From: Macrostomum hystrix
Lineage: Eukaryota > Animalia > Platyhelminthes
NCBI GenBank assembly: GCA_950097015.1
Contig: CATNEN010000033.1
Coordinates: 4,402,001-4,466,000, forward strand
Direction: 5' to 3'
Length of the DNA: 64,000 nucleotides
Shown: positions 12,377-24,100 of the stretch, in pieces
Layout: the number at the start of each line of letters is the position of its first letter
How positions within the stretch are numbered: the first letter of the stretch is position 1
Position numbers and translations under genes: made by a program
The notes under the pieces: generated by a model
What the model was told of the DNA's origin: nothing
Seen by the model: the letters and a program-made list of their open reading frames with translations, nothing else
The model's database searches: none

Positions 12377-13441
12377 TTAGCCACTTCGGCAGCGGATAAT
12401 GAGCCGCAATTCATTTCGAAACTTGGCGCACTTCCAGGCCAGAAAGGCCCAGTTAACGGACTGATTGATGCAGACCAGCGCGACTGCAATGTCAAGCATG
12501 CCCCACAGGATCACAATGGCGCCGCGTTCTGTAGCAAAGTTGGGCTGCAGCTGTGCCAGCAGGACTTCCAGGACGCAGGACACGGCAATCGGTAGACTGA
12601 AAATCAACAACACGACCGATAGTGTGACGCAAACCACAGAGTTCTGAATGCCCTGCTTGTCTATGGCGCTGGCCTCCGTGAGGCGCCTCCTGTTGGCAAT
12701 TATCTGCCTAACTTTGATTATCAGCAGCACATTGCCTACGAATATTGGGACCAGGAACAGAAAGGGTGGATAGTACAGGAGGATGTTGTAGTAGAGGAAG
12801 GCCGTTTCGGCCCAACCGATCACCATTCCCGGGTCTACGTAGCACACAACGGTGCTTCCATCATAGATCCAGCGGTACAGGTAGCCGATGGGAGCTGTCA
12901 CAAGCATGCAGAAGACTATGGCAACTATGCTAGCCACCAGCGCTGACTTCCAACCAACCCCGCGCATCCAGAACGGAAAGTACAGGCTCAGCAACCTGTC
13001 GGACACCATCAGCATAAACAAGGCAGGCGAAGTAGCGTGAAAGAAGTGCTCCCAGAACCTCACAACACTGCAAATCTGCGGGGAGATGTTCACGTGGATG
13101 AAGCCGGCAGTGCCATTGCTGAGCCAGGGCAGGCCCTTGGCCAGAAAAAGCCACATAAATCCATTCAGGAAGATGTTGCAGTTGTCAACCAGAGCGATCA
13201 TGCTCAAGTACACACTCTGGCGTGTCCGCTCGGAATACCTGAATAGATTGATGTAAATCACAAGGACATTGCACACGAGACCCAGGACAATGAATAGTGG
13301 CAGGATCAGTCCCGTGAAGGCGCCCAAGATGGTGCTGATTGTGCAGGCAGATCTGCGACTGGGATCGCCGCTGCGGCAGTCCAGGAGAATGAAGTCCAGC
13401 GAGTCCACGAAGCTTAGCGCCTCGACTCCGGAGCTGTTCAT
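12377..13441 (-). CDS. Intronless rhodopsin-class (class A) orphan peptide-type GPCR, 354 aa
   Basis: Seven hydrophobic segments: TM1 GLVCNVL, TM2 YLSMIALVD, ECL1 Cys, TM3 end SDRLLSLYFP (DRY variant), ECL2 VCY, TM6 FSLP, TM7 INQSVN, helix 8 KFRNEL. Confidence 0.9.
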   Translation of the reverse strand: MNSSGVEALSFVDSLDFILLDCRSGDPSRRSACTISTILGAFTGLILPLFIVLGLVCNVLVIYINLFRYSERTRQSVYLSMIALVDNCNIFLNGFMWLFLAKGLPWLSNGTAGFIHVNISPQICSVVRFWEHFFHATSPALFMLMVSDRLLSLYFPFWMRGVGWKSALVASIVAIVFCMLVTAPIGYLYRWIYDGSTVVCYVDPGMVIGWAETAFLYYNILLYYPPFLFLVPIFVGNVLLIIKVRQIIANRRRLTEASAIDKQGIQNSVVCVTLSVVLLIFSLPIAVSCVLEVLLAQLQPNFATERGAIVILWGMLDIAVALVCINQSVNWAFLAWKCAKFRNELRLIIRCRSG

Positions 13442-14384
13442 CGGCTGTTGTACTTGTTAGCTAATTTTGGGGTGCAATGATTTTATTTTTCTTAAAGAAG
13501 CAATGGAAAGAATTGTTTATCCCTTTTATAGACGTTGTTTTCTAATTGAATCATGTTGAAAGCATCGCCACGCCCTGTTTTTTTTATTAAAATGCTATTT
13601 TTCGGTCCTTGTCAGACGGTCTTGTAATCTGTTCTGCTCACATTAGAGTCATTTTCCTTGCGTTGTTTTTACTGTTTTTACCACGACAAAGAAAGATAGA
13701 TAATGATTACCGGTCGTGTCTAGTAGCTCTTGAGAGGGAGCTTGTACAAAATGATTTTAATTCCCTACAGTTCGCTCAGCTGTGAGATGGGTGGGTGTCG
13801 CAGCCTTCGCAGTACACAGACTGAACACGCAGCTCAGTCACTGCAACTGTGCCACTGGCTGACATCTAGCCCTTTTGTTAGATTTCTAAATTTCTGTCTA
13901 CGTATAGTCGATAAACATCGAGTCCTTACTGCTTATAATTCGAAATTCAATCTCAAGTTCGGTGAGAAACGAAACGCTTAACCCGCCAGCCAATCGGCCA
14001 ACCACTGAGCTCAAGAATCTGCAATGCTCAACAATGGTTAGATACCAGTTGGCTTGGTCCATAGGACAATATCAAAGTTAGACTCGAATCGCGAAGGCGC
14101 TATTTTTCCATAGTCTATGGAAAGGCTCCCCCGCCATATTTATTATATTCCACTAGAATCTGGTAAGCTCGAAGCCGCAAACCGAAACGCTTGAAACCAA
14201 GCGCTTACTACGAGTATCTCGGTGCAGCATTTTTTTATAAACTTCTCCGACAACGGATCTGACCACTGTATACAAAGGCAGTAAGAGTTCGCGTCTGAGC
14301 TATACCATGTTGCAGCTTGCAAAGCCGATAGATGTCAGTGCTGGCATACTGGGTCGAGCTAGAGCCTTGCCGCGTAGGCTCTCC

Positions 14385-14545
14385 AAATCATGTGAGCTTT
14401 CTATGCAGCTGTCAGCTTGAAAACAGTTGGTCAACTTTGGTTCACCCAGATATAAAGTATGGGTACTAGCATCAGCTGGGGTTGAAATTCTGTGGGTGTG
14501 ACATCCTTTCAGTCCACGGACTGAACAGCAGTTTAGTCTTTGGAA
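14385..14545 (+). mobile_element. Degenerate SINE body/tail (same family as 9088-9310)
   Basis: TTCACCCAGATATAAAGTATGGGTACTAGCATCAGCTGGGG...CAGTCCACGGACTGAACAGC matches the 9200-9290 segment. Confidence 0.55.
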
Positions 14546-14599
14546 GAGCTACTGGCTGTTGAGCTGATGTTCTTTGATGCTAGGTGTCCTTCCTATTTT

Positions 14600-14700
14600 T
14601 AGGAAGGTTAGTGAGCACTCACGACTACGCTCGTAGACGTTCGGGTTTCGATTCCCTACTTTACTGGAGTAATTTTTGTACATTAGCAAGACACTACCGC
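14600..14700 (+). mobile_element. Degenerate SINE head
   Basis: GGTTAG...CTCACGACT...GGTTTCGATTCC...TTAGCAAGACACT, similar to the 9100-9185 and 42212-42265 heads. Confidence 0.45.
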
Positions 14701-14995
14701 AACTACATGCGTCTCACAGATACCAGACGCAAGGCCCTACACAGCATCACAGTCCCCATCAAAAAGAGGAACTGTAGAGACGGCTGCATCAGTCACGAAT
14801 CGGTCACGCCGCAATCGCGTTCAGCATCTGCCGACAAATTGCTTGAGGGGCCACAGAAGCAGCAAAACCTTCAATCCCTCAAAGTTTGTGACATGACCTA
14901 CTTTTACTGTGTCGAAAATTTAACAGCGTAGCTATTGAAATTAATAAAAATTCCTCGAATATTTGATTCGTTATTTAAACATTTTCATCCTCACA

Positions 14996-15763
14996 ATGCG
15001 AGTGCCGTTGCAGCCACCGCGGCAGTCGCAGCTGCAACCGAAGTGTCAGTCGCCTCTCGGACTTCAAAGCCGCCCGCATCGACTCAATTGCCACGCCAGC
15101 AATTCCATGTTGTCGGACAGCGCCGACTGGAATCATAAAAACAGGATTGCTGACAAGCAAAATGGTGAGCTAAACGTCAGACAAGACCAAGCTACTATGT
15201 CTCACTATGAGCAAAGAGCTATGAGTTAAAAGAGCAAAGTTACTCATTCGGTAGAAAAATAAGCGAATTACGAGATCATATTTGAGCTACCTGATACTTA
15301 TTTAGCGACCAGGGTCTGTAGGTTGGTCATGTAATTTTCAACACGAAATTTTCTCATCGCAGAGCTTCGACAAACTCGGCCGATTATCAAAAAGCGGTGC
15401 CAAACTGTCACAGACGAGCTAATGCCGCAGAACTCGCACAATGCCATCCCACCTGTCGAGACAGCTGTCAAACAAGACACCGGTCCGACTATTCATCAGC
15501 AGCGGGTGCAGCAGATGTTTGAGAATTTGCGATTTAGTCCGCAAGACACCTTCTACAAGAAGGTCGTATTCGCACCAGACAAAGTCAAGCAGATGTTCGC
15601 TGCGCCCCGGTTCAGCCGTGGTTGCGGCAGTCCAATGCTGTACGACATCGCCAGCCAGAACGGGAAGCATCATCGGGATGTTAACTTTGATTTCAACCGT
15701 GACTCGCTGCGAAAGATCTGCAGTAATTTTCATCGCACTAGCAAGTTTCGCAATGGATACTGA
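14996..15763 (+). CDS. Putative 2-exon orphan protein, 189 aa
   Basis: Exons 14996-15164 (donor G|GTGAG) and 15363-15763 (acceptor TTTTCTCATCGCAG), both phase 1. 570 nt open frame; AATAAA at about 15814. No family recognised. Confidence 0.45.
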
Positions 15764-17462
15764 GCAAGATGCTGCAGGCCTGATGCTGAATCCTGTGCAC
15801 TGACAATGCCACAATAAAGCTTGAAATCTAGTTGACTAGTGTCCAAAAGTTATCAGCTCGTTATTCTTTACTCGACTCAACACTTAGGGAACCTGACACT
15901 CACCATGTGAGCATTATCGAGGAGTAGTGCTAAACAAAAGCGCTGCCTTAGGAACAAGAGTAACGATAGAAACTTCAGACAATGCTTCTGTGCATCAACT
16001 CGGCTGCAAAGTGCTTTTCAGCCAACTGAAAACAATAAATCCTGTTGCAGGGAGGACCAGCTTTTATTTTAGATTTTATAGCTATTTTCTTAGCAAAAAG
16101 TTTTTTTAACGCTGTTGTTGCTTTATTATTTCTAATCGATTATTAATTTATTCACAGTAGTGAATCACGGCGTCCAAATTAGTTTGCTCGTCTTTCTTTC
16201 GTATTTTGCCTAGTGAAACAGAGACAAGTCTGCGAATCGGCGACCTTGAACTGTGGAGGAAGGGGCCTTTCTGCCATTCGCTGACGTTCTGTGGTGGTCG
16301 CCTGTGACGCAGCCAGTTCTATTTTAAGAGATTGTTTTACTATTCGGTGTTGATCGGGATATTAAGCCTAGCTTGGCGTGCATAATCTGCTTAGATCTAT
16401 ATGCTGACTGACCATCTCTGCCATGCTCAGCACTATAAATGCTCGAGCTGAAGGCAGCAGTTCCTGTTTAGGTACTTATAGTTGAGTACCTGATCACAGA
16501 CGCCACATGCGCGCGATCGTTCCTAATTATAATGTATCTGTATTATATGCGTCTACAAGGATAACAAATCCATTTATGTCCTCAAAGAAAAAAATTTATT
16601 GTACGAGTAATTTAATTGAGAAATTTTGGAATTACGCAAGGCAAATCATAGATGAAAGCACTACTTTAAGTAGAATAAATAGCCCCCAGTATCTGAAACT
16701 TCCACTCACGTAAGTCGCTCAAGACACATTATATGTACTGATTAGATATAAGCTGCCGAAATTTCCAAAGCTTGCATTACTAATTTTTGGCATTATTCCG
16801 AACAATATATTCTTTTCAAACAGACAAAACTTTAAAGACTTAACTTTTCTATCCGCAGATAAGTCGTGTATATCGAATATATTTAACCAGAAAATCAGCT
16901 ACATTTGTTATAACTGTAAAAGTTCTAGTTTCAAATTCGGCATTATTTCTTGTTTATTCTAACTTTCTTCCTGTGTCGCATTATTAAGTTTTAATTTCCA
17001 GGCTATTATTATCCGAAGATTATTATACATTTACACTTATTACGAGAAGAAAGTTGTGTGATATCTTAAGGGTTTATTCTTTACATTCCCTTTAAGTCTA
17101 AAAATGCATGATACTTTTAATAGTAGCTGCTAGCTAGTACCTACCTAGTACTAGATTTGATAGGTGGTATGTTTTCCTATCAATCATTTTCAGTCACAAG
17201 ACAAGTTATATTTTAGTGAATAGGAGCCTTGCACTAGCTTATACTAATGATAAAGAAATATTTTTAAGCAACGAATTTACAAAGTTAGTACTAGTCTCTA
17301 TTATTAATATATCTATTGAAAGCTAATTAATGGCATTTTGGCATATAGCACAATAGATGCATACAGCTAAGTAGCAAACAAGTTAGACCAGAATAGACAT
17401 TTCAAAGCTTTAATCTAGAATCCAGTTATTATAACCAAAAATTAGTACCATATTTGTAAATA

Positions 17463-18382
17463 CGCCGTGACTAGGGACACGGCGGCCGTGTCTCTAACTC
17501 TGTGCCTAGGGACACGGCTGCCGTGTCCCTAGTTATCGACCACTCCGTGCCTAGAGCCACGGCGGCCGTGTCTCCAGCTTTGTGGACTTAGGCACGGCCG
17601 CCGTGTCCCCAGCTCTGTGTATAGGGACACGGCGGCCGTATCCCTAGTTATTGACCACTCCGTGCCTAGAGTCATTTTTCCTTGGCTAGGCAGGCGACCT
17701 ACTGTATATATGTCACTTAACTAGTGACAAGGTAACGATAACTAGTACAAGGTCCCTACTTCAAAGTATGCTTTGAAGTATGCAATTGAGTGGATATCAA
17801 TCGTACATGTACGACACTGATACCATGTACCACTAATATAGACATATAGTGCATGTAGTAGACATGTTCAGTTTAGTATACTGCATGGTGGTACACCGTT
17901 ACATGTATGTCATTGTTTTTAACACTTACTGAAGCTACCAGCAAGAAGTGCCAACTTATGACCACTTATTGAAATTGCAAGAAGACCAAGTATAAACAAA
18001 AAAAATGCTATACGCATCGAAAGAAACATTATTAAGACCCGAAGACGAACTCAGGTCCACTTGCAAGCTTTGGTGTTTGCATTGTTAACCCAACTGCAGT
18101 AGTGTGTCTGCAGTAACGGGCATTTCCAATATAGTTTATTTAAAGCCCATTATTACAACCGCCGTCGCCGTGGCTCTAGGCACGGAGTGGTCGATAACTA
18201 AGGACACGGCAGCCGTGTCCCTATACACAGAGCTGGGGACACGGCGGCCGTGCCTAAGTCCACAAAGCTGGAGACACGGCCGCCGTGGCTCTAGGCACGG
18301 AGTGGTCGATAACTAGGGACACGGCAGCCGTGTCCCTAGGCACAGAGTTAGAGACACGGCCGCCGTGTCCCTAGTCACGGCG
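17463..18382. mobile_element. Foldback/MULE-type non-autonomous DNA transposon (920 bp)
   Basis: About 209-bp TIRs (17463-17671 and 18174-18382) built from GGACACGGCGGCCGTGTC palindromic subunits. Perfect 9-bp TSD TTGTAAATA at 17454-17462 and 18383-18391. Confidence 0.9.
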
Positions 18383-18414
18383 TTGTAAATAAACATGCTA
18401 AAGTACATAGGTTA

Positions 18415-19057
18415 GGGTAATGTATCATCAACCAAACAAGAATATGCATTTTTTTAACTTCAAACCTAAGCTACAGATTTTCTATTTAAGATATCATGAT
18501 AAATCAAAAGCCAAGTTATAGAAAACTGTTTTGTCTTTCTAAATAGTATCTGCTTTTGCAATTTCGTCAAATAGAAAAAAAGTTGTTCATGTTTTTCATC
18601 TAAAACCAAACGATGATTTTCATGTATCTTCAAACCAAACAGAGAATTTGATGTTCGGTTTTAAAATTTGAGTGAGTGGTTTAATCTTATTTTAATGAGT
18701 GATCTATCATGAATTATGTCATTTGAAAGCATTTTTCATGCTCTATAAATAACTACATTTATGGTAATTTAATTGGAAAGCAACCACATACAATCTTAGT
18801 CTAAAGTACATGCTGAAAAAATGTTGTCAAAAAGTATGCTTTTGTGATAAAAATTTCTACTGAAACATTCATATCTTTCTTTCCTTGTAATGCTTCATTG
18901 CATGTCATGCCTTAGCTTGTAAATAATTTCATTGACATTCAAAATAGTTGTTCTGTGAAATACAATAGCTTGTTTCTGTCTTGCACAAGACCAAGGAAGG
19001 AGTCAAAATTCTTGTTCGGTTTTGAAGATACACTGTTCGATTGATGATACATTACCC
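18415..19057. mobile_element. MITE with GGGTAATGTATCATCAA TIRs, TA-flanked
   Basis: TA|GGGTAATGTATCATCAA ... TTGATGATACATTACCC|TA, with internal AAACCAAAC/GTTCGGTTT subterminal repeats; related to 58902-59190. Confidence 0.75.
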
Positions 19058-20869
19058 TAGTCTTAAGGTTAAGGCTTAAATGTTGGGCCTTAAATGTAAG
19101 AAAGCTTTATTCTTTAAAGTAATTTCAAAATCTATACTATAGGGGCCTAAGCTTTCTGATAACAGCATTGAAAATTGTACTTTTCAGTAGCTAGCCATTT
19201 CTAATTAGTTAGCAATTTATCCCCACTTAGTATTGTGTGCATATATACATGTGCCTATGAAATATGAAGGCATCTAGATTCTAGATAAACTTATTTTTTT
19301 GCCAGGGGTTATCTATCTGGTAACCAGGAAAATAAAAGGCCAGGTTATTTGTCCAGTTACTGACAAATTTATGGATTATGTATTTGAACTTCTAACAGTT
19401 ACTAGGCTAGTCACATATTAATAGGCATAGGCATAATAAATGAATATTATTAACATGGCATTTCACACATAGCAGTATGTCTATGCACTAACTAAGTAAT
19501 CACATGTATAAGCATGTGTATATATGGACACATAATTGTGCATATGTACAAAGTAGGAAATGTGTGCCATGCCACAAAGCATGCCTTTGTGTATGTGCAC
19601 TTACATCACAAAGTAAGTGGACACATTATCAGACCAATAGGCCTAACATGGTTCACTATTCATCCAATAAGTATTGATTATAAATGCTATTTATATATTT
19701 TTTTCTTAGCCCTTGGCATGCATGGAAATGAAAACATGCTCAATATATTTATTTGAGTATGTATGATAGTTTTCATATTGTCCCCCTTTTGCTCTAATGA
19801 GATTTATAGAAAGGCTATGAGGGCAAAAAATCCAAAACTGGGTACTGGGTAATTGATAGTATTTTCTTTATAACATGTTGTTACTGTTTATATATATATA
19901 AATTTTGGGTGGCTATTGAGTAACTAAAATGAGACTGTGACTAGGAGCTGGGTATATATATATATATATATAATTATTATTTAACTAAACCTTACCACCC
20001 CTAATCCCCACAAATTCCCATTCTTACTCTCCATCTGCGAATTTAGTTTTTTCTCCAAATAAAGGGCAAAACTTTCTGCACATTTTTGTGTACATACAAT
20101 TTAAATCAGCTTGATAATTTAGAAATTAACTTAGTTTGTTTGTAACTAAAAATGTAAGTTTGTAACACAAACTTAGTTTGTTAGTTTGTAACACAAAAGG
20201 AACAGTGTACATATAAAATAATTTATAAATAGATTCACTAAAATTCAATATAATTCATGCACACTGAGGTGAGGATGCATACTCTTTCTCATATTCTCAA
20301 CTCAACTCTCTACTCTTATCTTCTTTCTACTCTACTTTCAACTCTCCTCTACTCTCCTTAGCTTTACTCTTTGCTCTACTCTTCTCTCATCTCTACTCTC
20401 CTCTCAACTCTTCTATTCTCTCCTTTTCTCTCTCAATTTATAAGAATTCCATGTTTTCCCCAGTTTCCAGTTTCTTTCTGAGATCTAGATCCATGACATA
20501 AATGACAAATCTGCCTTATTTTCTAAATAGTTGGCTCATTACCTAGTGAGAATTCAATCTTTGACTGTGCCAGGTACCATGTAATTAGGCTAAAACCAAA
20601 CCAAACAACAAAAAAATACATTTTACATTTACATTTACATTTAAAATTTAGTGGTCATATCCCATATTAAGGGGCTTAGTTTATATGCATATTAAAAGGC
20701 AAATTAGTTTGGGGCAAAGTCAATAAAATTGTGTCATGTAAGCTTGAAGCATTTTTCTAGATATTCCCACTTGAGACAACTACCAATGTGCTGGTTTGAG
20801 CTTTTATAAGTAGCATTGTAACAAAAATATGGTGTGTGCACTTGGAGATTACTTTTTTTCTATGTTTCT

Positions 20870-21065
20870 GGTTTAAAATAGTAGTTAGAGCTTTGCTTCA
20901 AAGGTTATGAGTTTGAATCTCAACCCAGTGAAACAGTTTTTGTCCTATAGCTAGACAAATAATTCCCTAGTGCTTCAGTTTCAGGGAATTCGGGATAGTA
21001 ATTTAGGTGGGTGCTGTGCTTCCCTTGTCCATGGACTAAACAGCGTACACTGTTGTTGCAAACGC
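20870..21065 (+). mobile_element. Highly degenerate SINE copy
   Basis: TAGTTAGAGC...GAGTTTGAATCT head and GTCCATGGACTAAACAGCGTAC tail. Confidence 0.45.
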
Positions 21066-21195
21066 ATAGGAAAATGCCTCAATCGAATTTGTACTAAAGC
21101 GCTGCTGCTTTTCTGAGGTGCACAGTCAGAATGCTAATATAAATCAAGTCGACAAAACATTTTGCAGCACCATTAATAATTAATTAACCAGAAGC

Positions 21196-24100
21196 ATGGC
21201 ATCTTACGAGGTCCGCCAGTACACCACCACCACGAAAACCACAACCAAGTCTACGCGCCAGCGTGACGATGCGTTGGAGCGCAGCCTAGAGCTGCCCTGG
21301 TCAGACCAGCAAGACGGCCAGCAGCAGTTGGATACTCAGCAGCGCAGTCGCACCCTGGACTCTATGAGTCAGCGGCTTCACCAGACCCGAGCTGGCCGCA
21401 TTCGTGACGCTCTGTTCCCAGAGACGGCCGAGTCCGCCCTGGCCGGCGACGCCACCCTGGGCCGCATGACCCTCACCGGCGCCAGCGAGCAGGTCACGGC
21501 CGTGCAGCGCCTGGCCGAGCCGGCCCGCACCCTCAAGACCGCCGTGGTGAACGTCATCAACTATCAGGAGGACGCCGACGTTGCCACCCACGCCTCTGTC
21601 GAGCTGTGCCGACTGATGCGGGACAGCGATCCGACTGTCTCCATGCGGGCCGCCACTCTCATTCTGCTGCTGTGCAAGAAGCAGGTGCGCCTCCGACCCT
21701 GGCTATCCGAATCCAATGCACAATGCACCGCAGTTATACACATTCTAGATCTAATGCGCCTCAGTTAATCCAAATCTGACCACTTTATTTACTCTTCGAA
21801 ATTTTCAATCACAGTTAATCTACTTCATTATTACTCCTCCACTTCACTAACCCACTGCCGTCACTGTTACTCTACTCCATTATTACTCCTCCACGTCACT
21901 AACCCACTGCCGTCACAGTTAATCTGTTCATTATTACTCCTCCACGTCACTAACCCACTGCCATCACAGTTAATCTGTTCCATTATTACTCCTCCACGTC
22001 ACTAACCCACTGCCATCACAGTTAATCTGTTCCATTATTACTCCTCCACGTCACTAATCCACTGCCGTCACTGTTAATCTACTCTAGTTCTCCAGTATTA
22101 CTCCTCCACATCGCTAATACACTGCCACTGACCGATTTCAAGCTCAATCCATATTAATTCGCACCCATTTCAGGCCTGCCGACTGGCTTTCGCCACCCAG
22201 ATGGACCTGATTGAATGCCTGCTGACCGCCGCGGCCCGGCCCGCCAATGCTGACATGCTGCGTACCTGCATTGGCGCCCTCTGCCATATCTGCCGCTCCG
22301 AGCAGGGCTGCCTGTGCATCTTCCAGTGCCGGGAGCGGGCCGTGCCCCTGCTAGTCCGCCTGCTGGGCCAGATTGACGACCGAATCCTGTTCTATTCTGT
22401 CACCTGCCTGCGCGCCATCCTCCTGTGCGTTGAGGAGGCCCGCGCCGAACTGCGCGCCTGCGACGGCGTTGCCATCATGACCCGCCTGCTGCGGCACACC
22501 GACATCCGCTTTCTAGCCCTGCTAGTCGACTGCCTCCAGTTGGTGGCCTTCGGTGAGAGCCTGATTATCACCGCTCTGATTCTCACGCCAGATTCTCACC
22601 CCAGATTCTCACCCCTCTGATTCTCACTCCCTCTGATTATCACCCCTCTGATTATCACCCCCACTGATTATCACCCCTCTGATTATCACCCCTCCGATTT
22701 TCACCCCTCTGATTATCACCCCTCTGATTATCACCCCTCCGATTTTCACCCCTCTGATTATCACCCTCTCTGATTCTCACCCCTCTGATTATCACTCCCT
22801 CTGATTCTCACTCCCTCTGATTCTCACTCCCACTGATTATCACCCCTCTGATTATCACCCCTCTGATTATCACCCCACTGATTATCACCCCTCTGATTAT
22901 CACCCCTCTGATTATCACCCCTCTGATTATCACCCCTCTGATTATCACCCCTCTGATTATCACCCTCTCTGATTCTCACCCCTCTGATTATCACTCCCTC
23001 TGATTCTCACCCTCTCTGATTCTCACCCTCTCTGATTCTCACCCCTCTGATTATCACTCCCTCTGATTCTCACCCTCTCTGATTCTCACTCTCTCTGATT
23101 CTCACCCTCTCTGATTCTCACCCCTCTGATTCTCACCCTCTCTGATTCTCACCCATCATATTCTCAAACCTGAACTCTCATCCTCTGGTTTCTAGCACTC
23201 AGTTTACACCGCTCAGTGTCTCACCCTGTTGATTATGCTCACCAGGCAACCAGGAGACGAAGCTGCTAATCCTAAAGTCTGGAGGCACGGTGGAGCTGGT
23301 TGACATTCTTCGCCGCGTCAACTATGAGAAGCTCCTGTTTGTGACCGCCCGCCTGCTCAAGGTGCTCTCCGTCTGTGCCAGCAACAAGCCGGTCATCATC
23401 GAGTCAGGCGGCATGAACGCCTTGGGCCGGCATTTGCGCTCGGACTCCGGCCGGCTGGTCATCAACGTGCTGTGGACTCTGCGCAACCTGAGCGATCAGG
23501 TGAATTAATCAAACAGTTTTTCTGCTTTTATTGCACTTTTTATTACGCTTATAATTCCCAACACCGCAGGCCTACCATCTGCGCGACATGGACCAGCTCC
23601 TGCGCGACCTGGTGGACCTTCTGGCCTCCCAGGACATGGACTATGTCACCTGCGCTGCCGGCATCCTGTGCAACCTCACCTGCTGGAATTCGCACAACAA
23701 GGCTGTCGTTACTGGCTCTAATGGCGCTGTGGCTCTCACGCAGACCCTGTGCGCCGCCCAGGACCGCGAGGAGGTCACCGAGCCTGTTGTGTGCGCGCTC
23801 AGGCACATCACCCACAAGCACGATCAGGTGAGCACCAATGTCCGCATTATTCCTTCCCAGATCTCCATTCTTAGAATCCATCCCTCCAGTACCTGAGGTT
23901 CGAATGCCACCGTCTCAGATCCCCAAATTAAGAGGCAGTATAAATAATAATAATAGCAGGAGGGCTGTCACACATCAGTTGGTGTCACTAGACCCGCAGC
24001 TAGCTAGCAGGCAATTCTGCCCATTTCGCTGAACCCTGAGCACACACGCACACAGATACTGGCACGCAGGCACACACTCACACAGGGTGTGTACATCTGC

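Noticed and set aside
14584-14931. 115-aa ORF as an upstream exon of the orphan gene
   Set aside because: Its 5' third is a SINE head, and I found no convincing phase-compatible splice to 14996.
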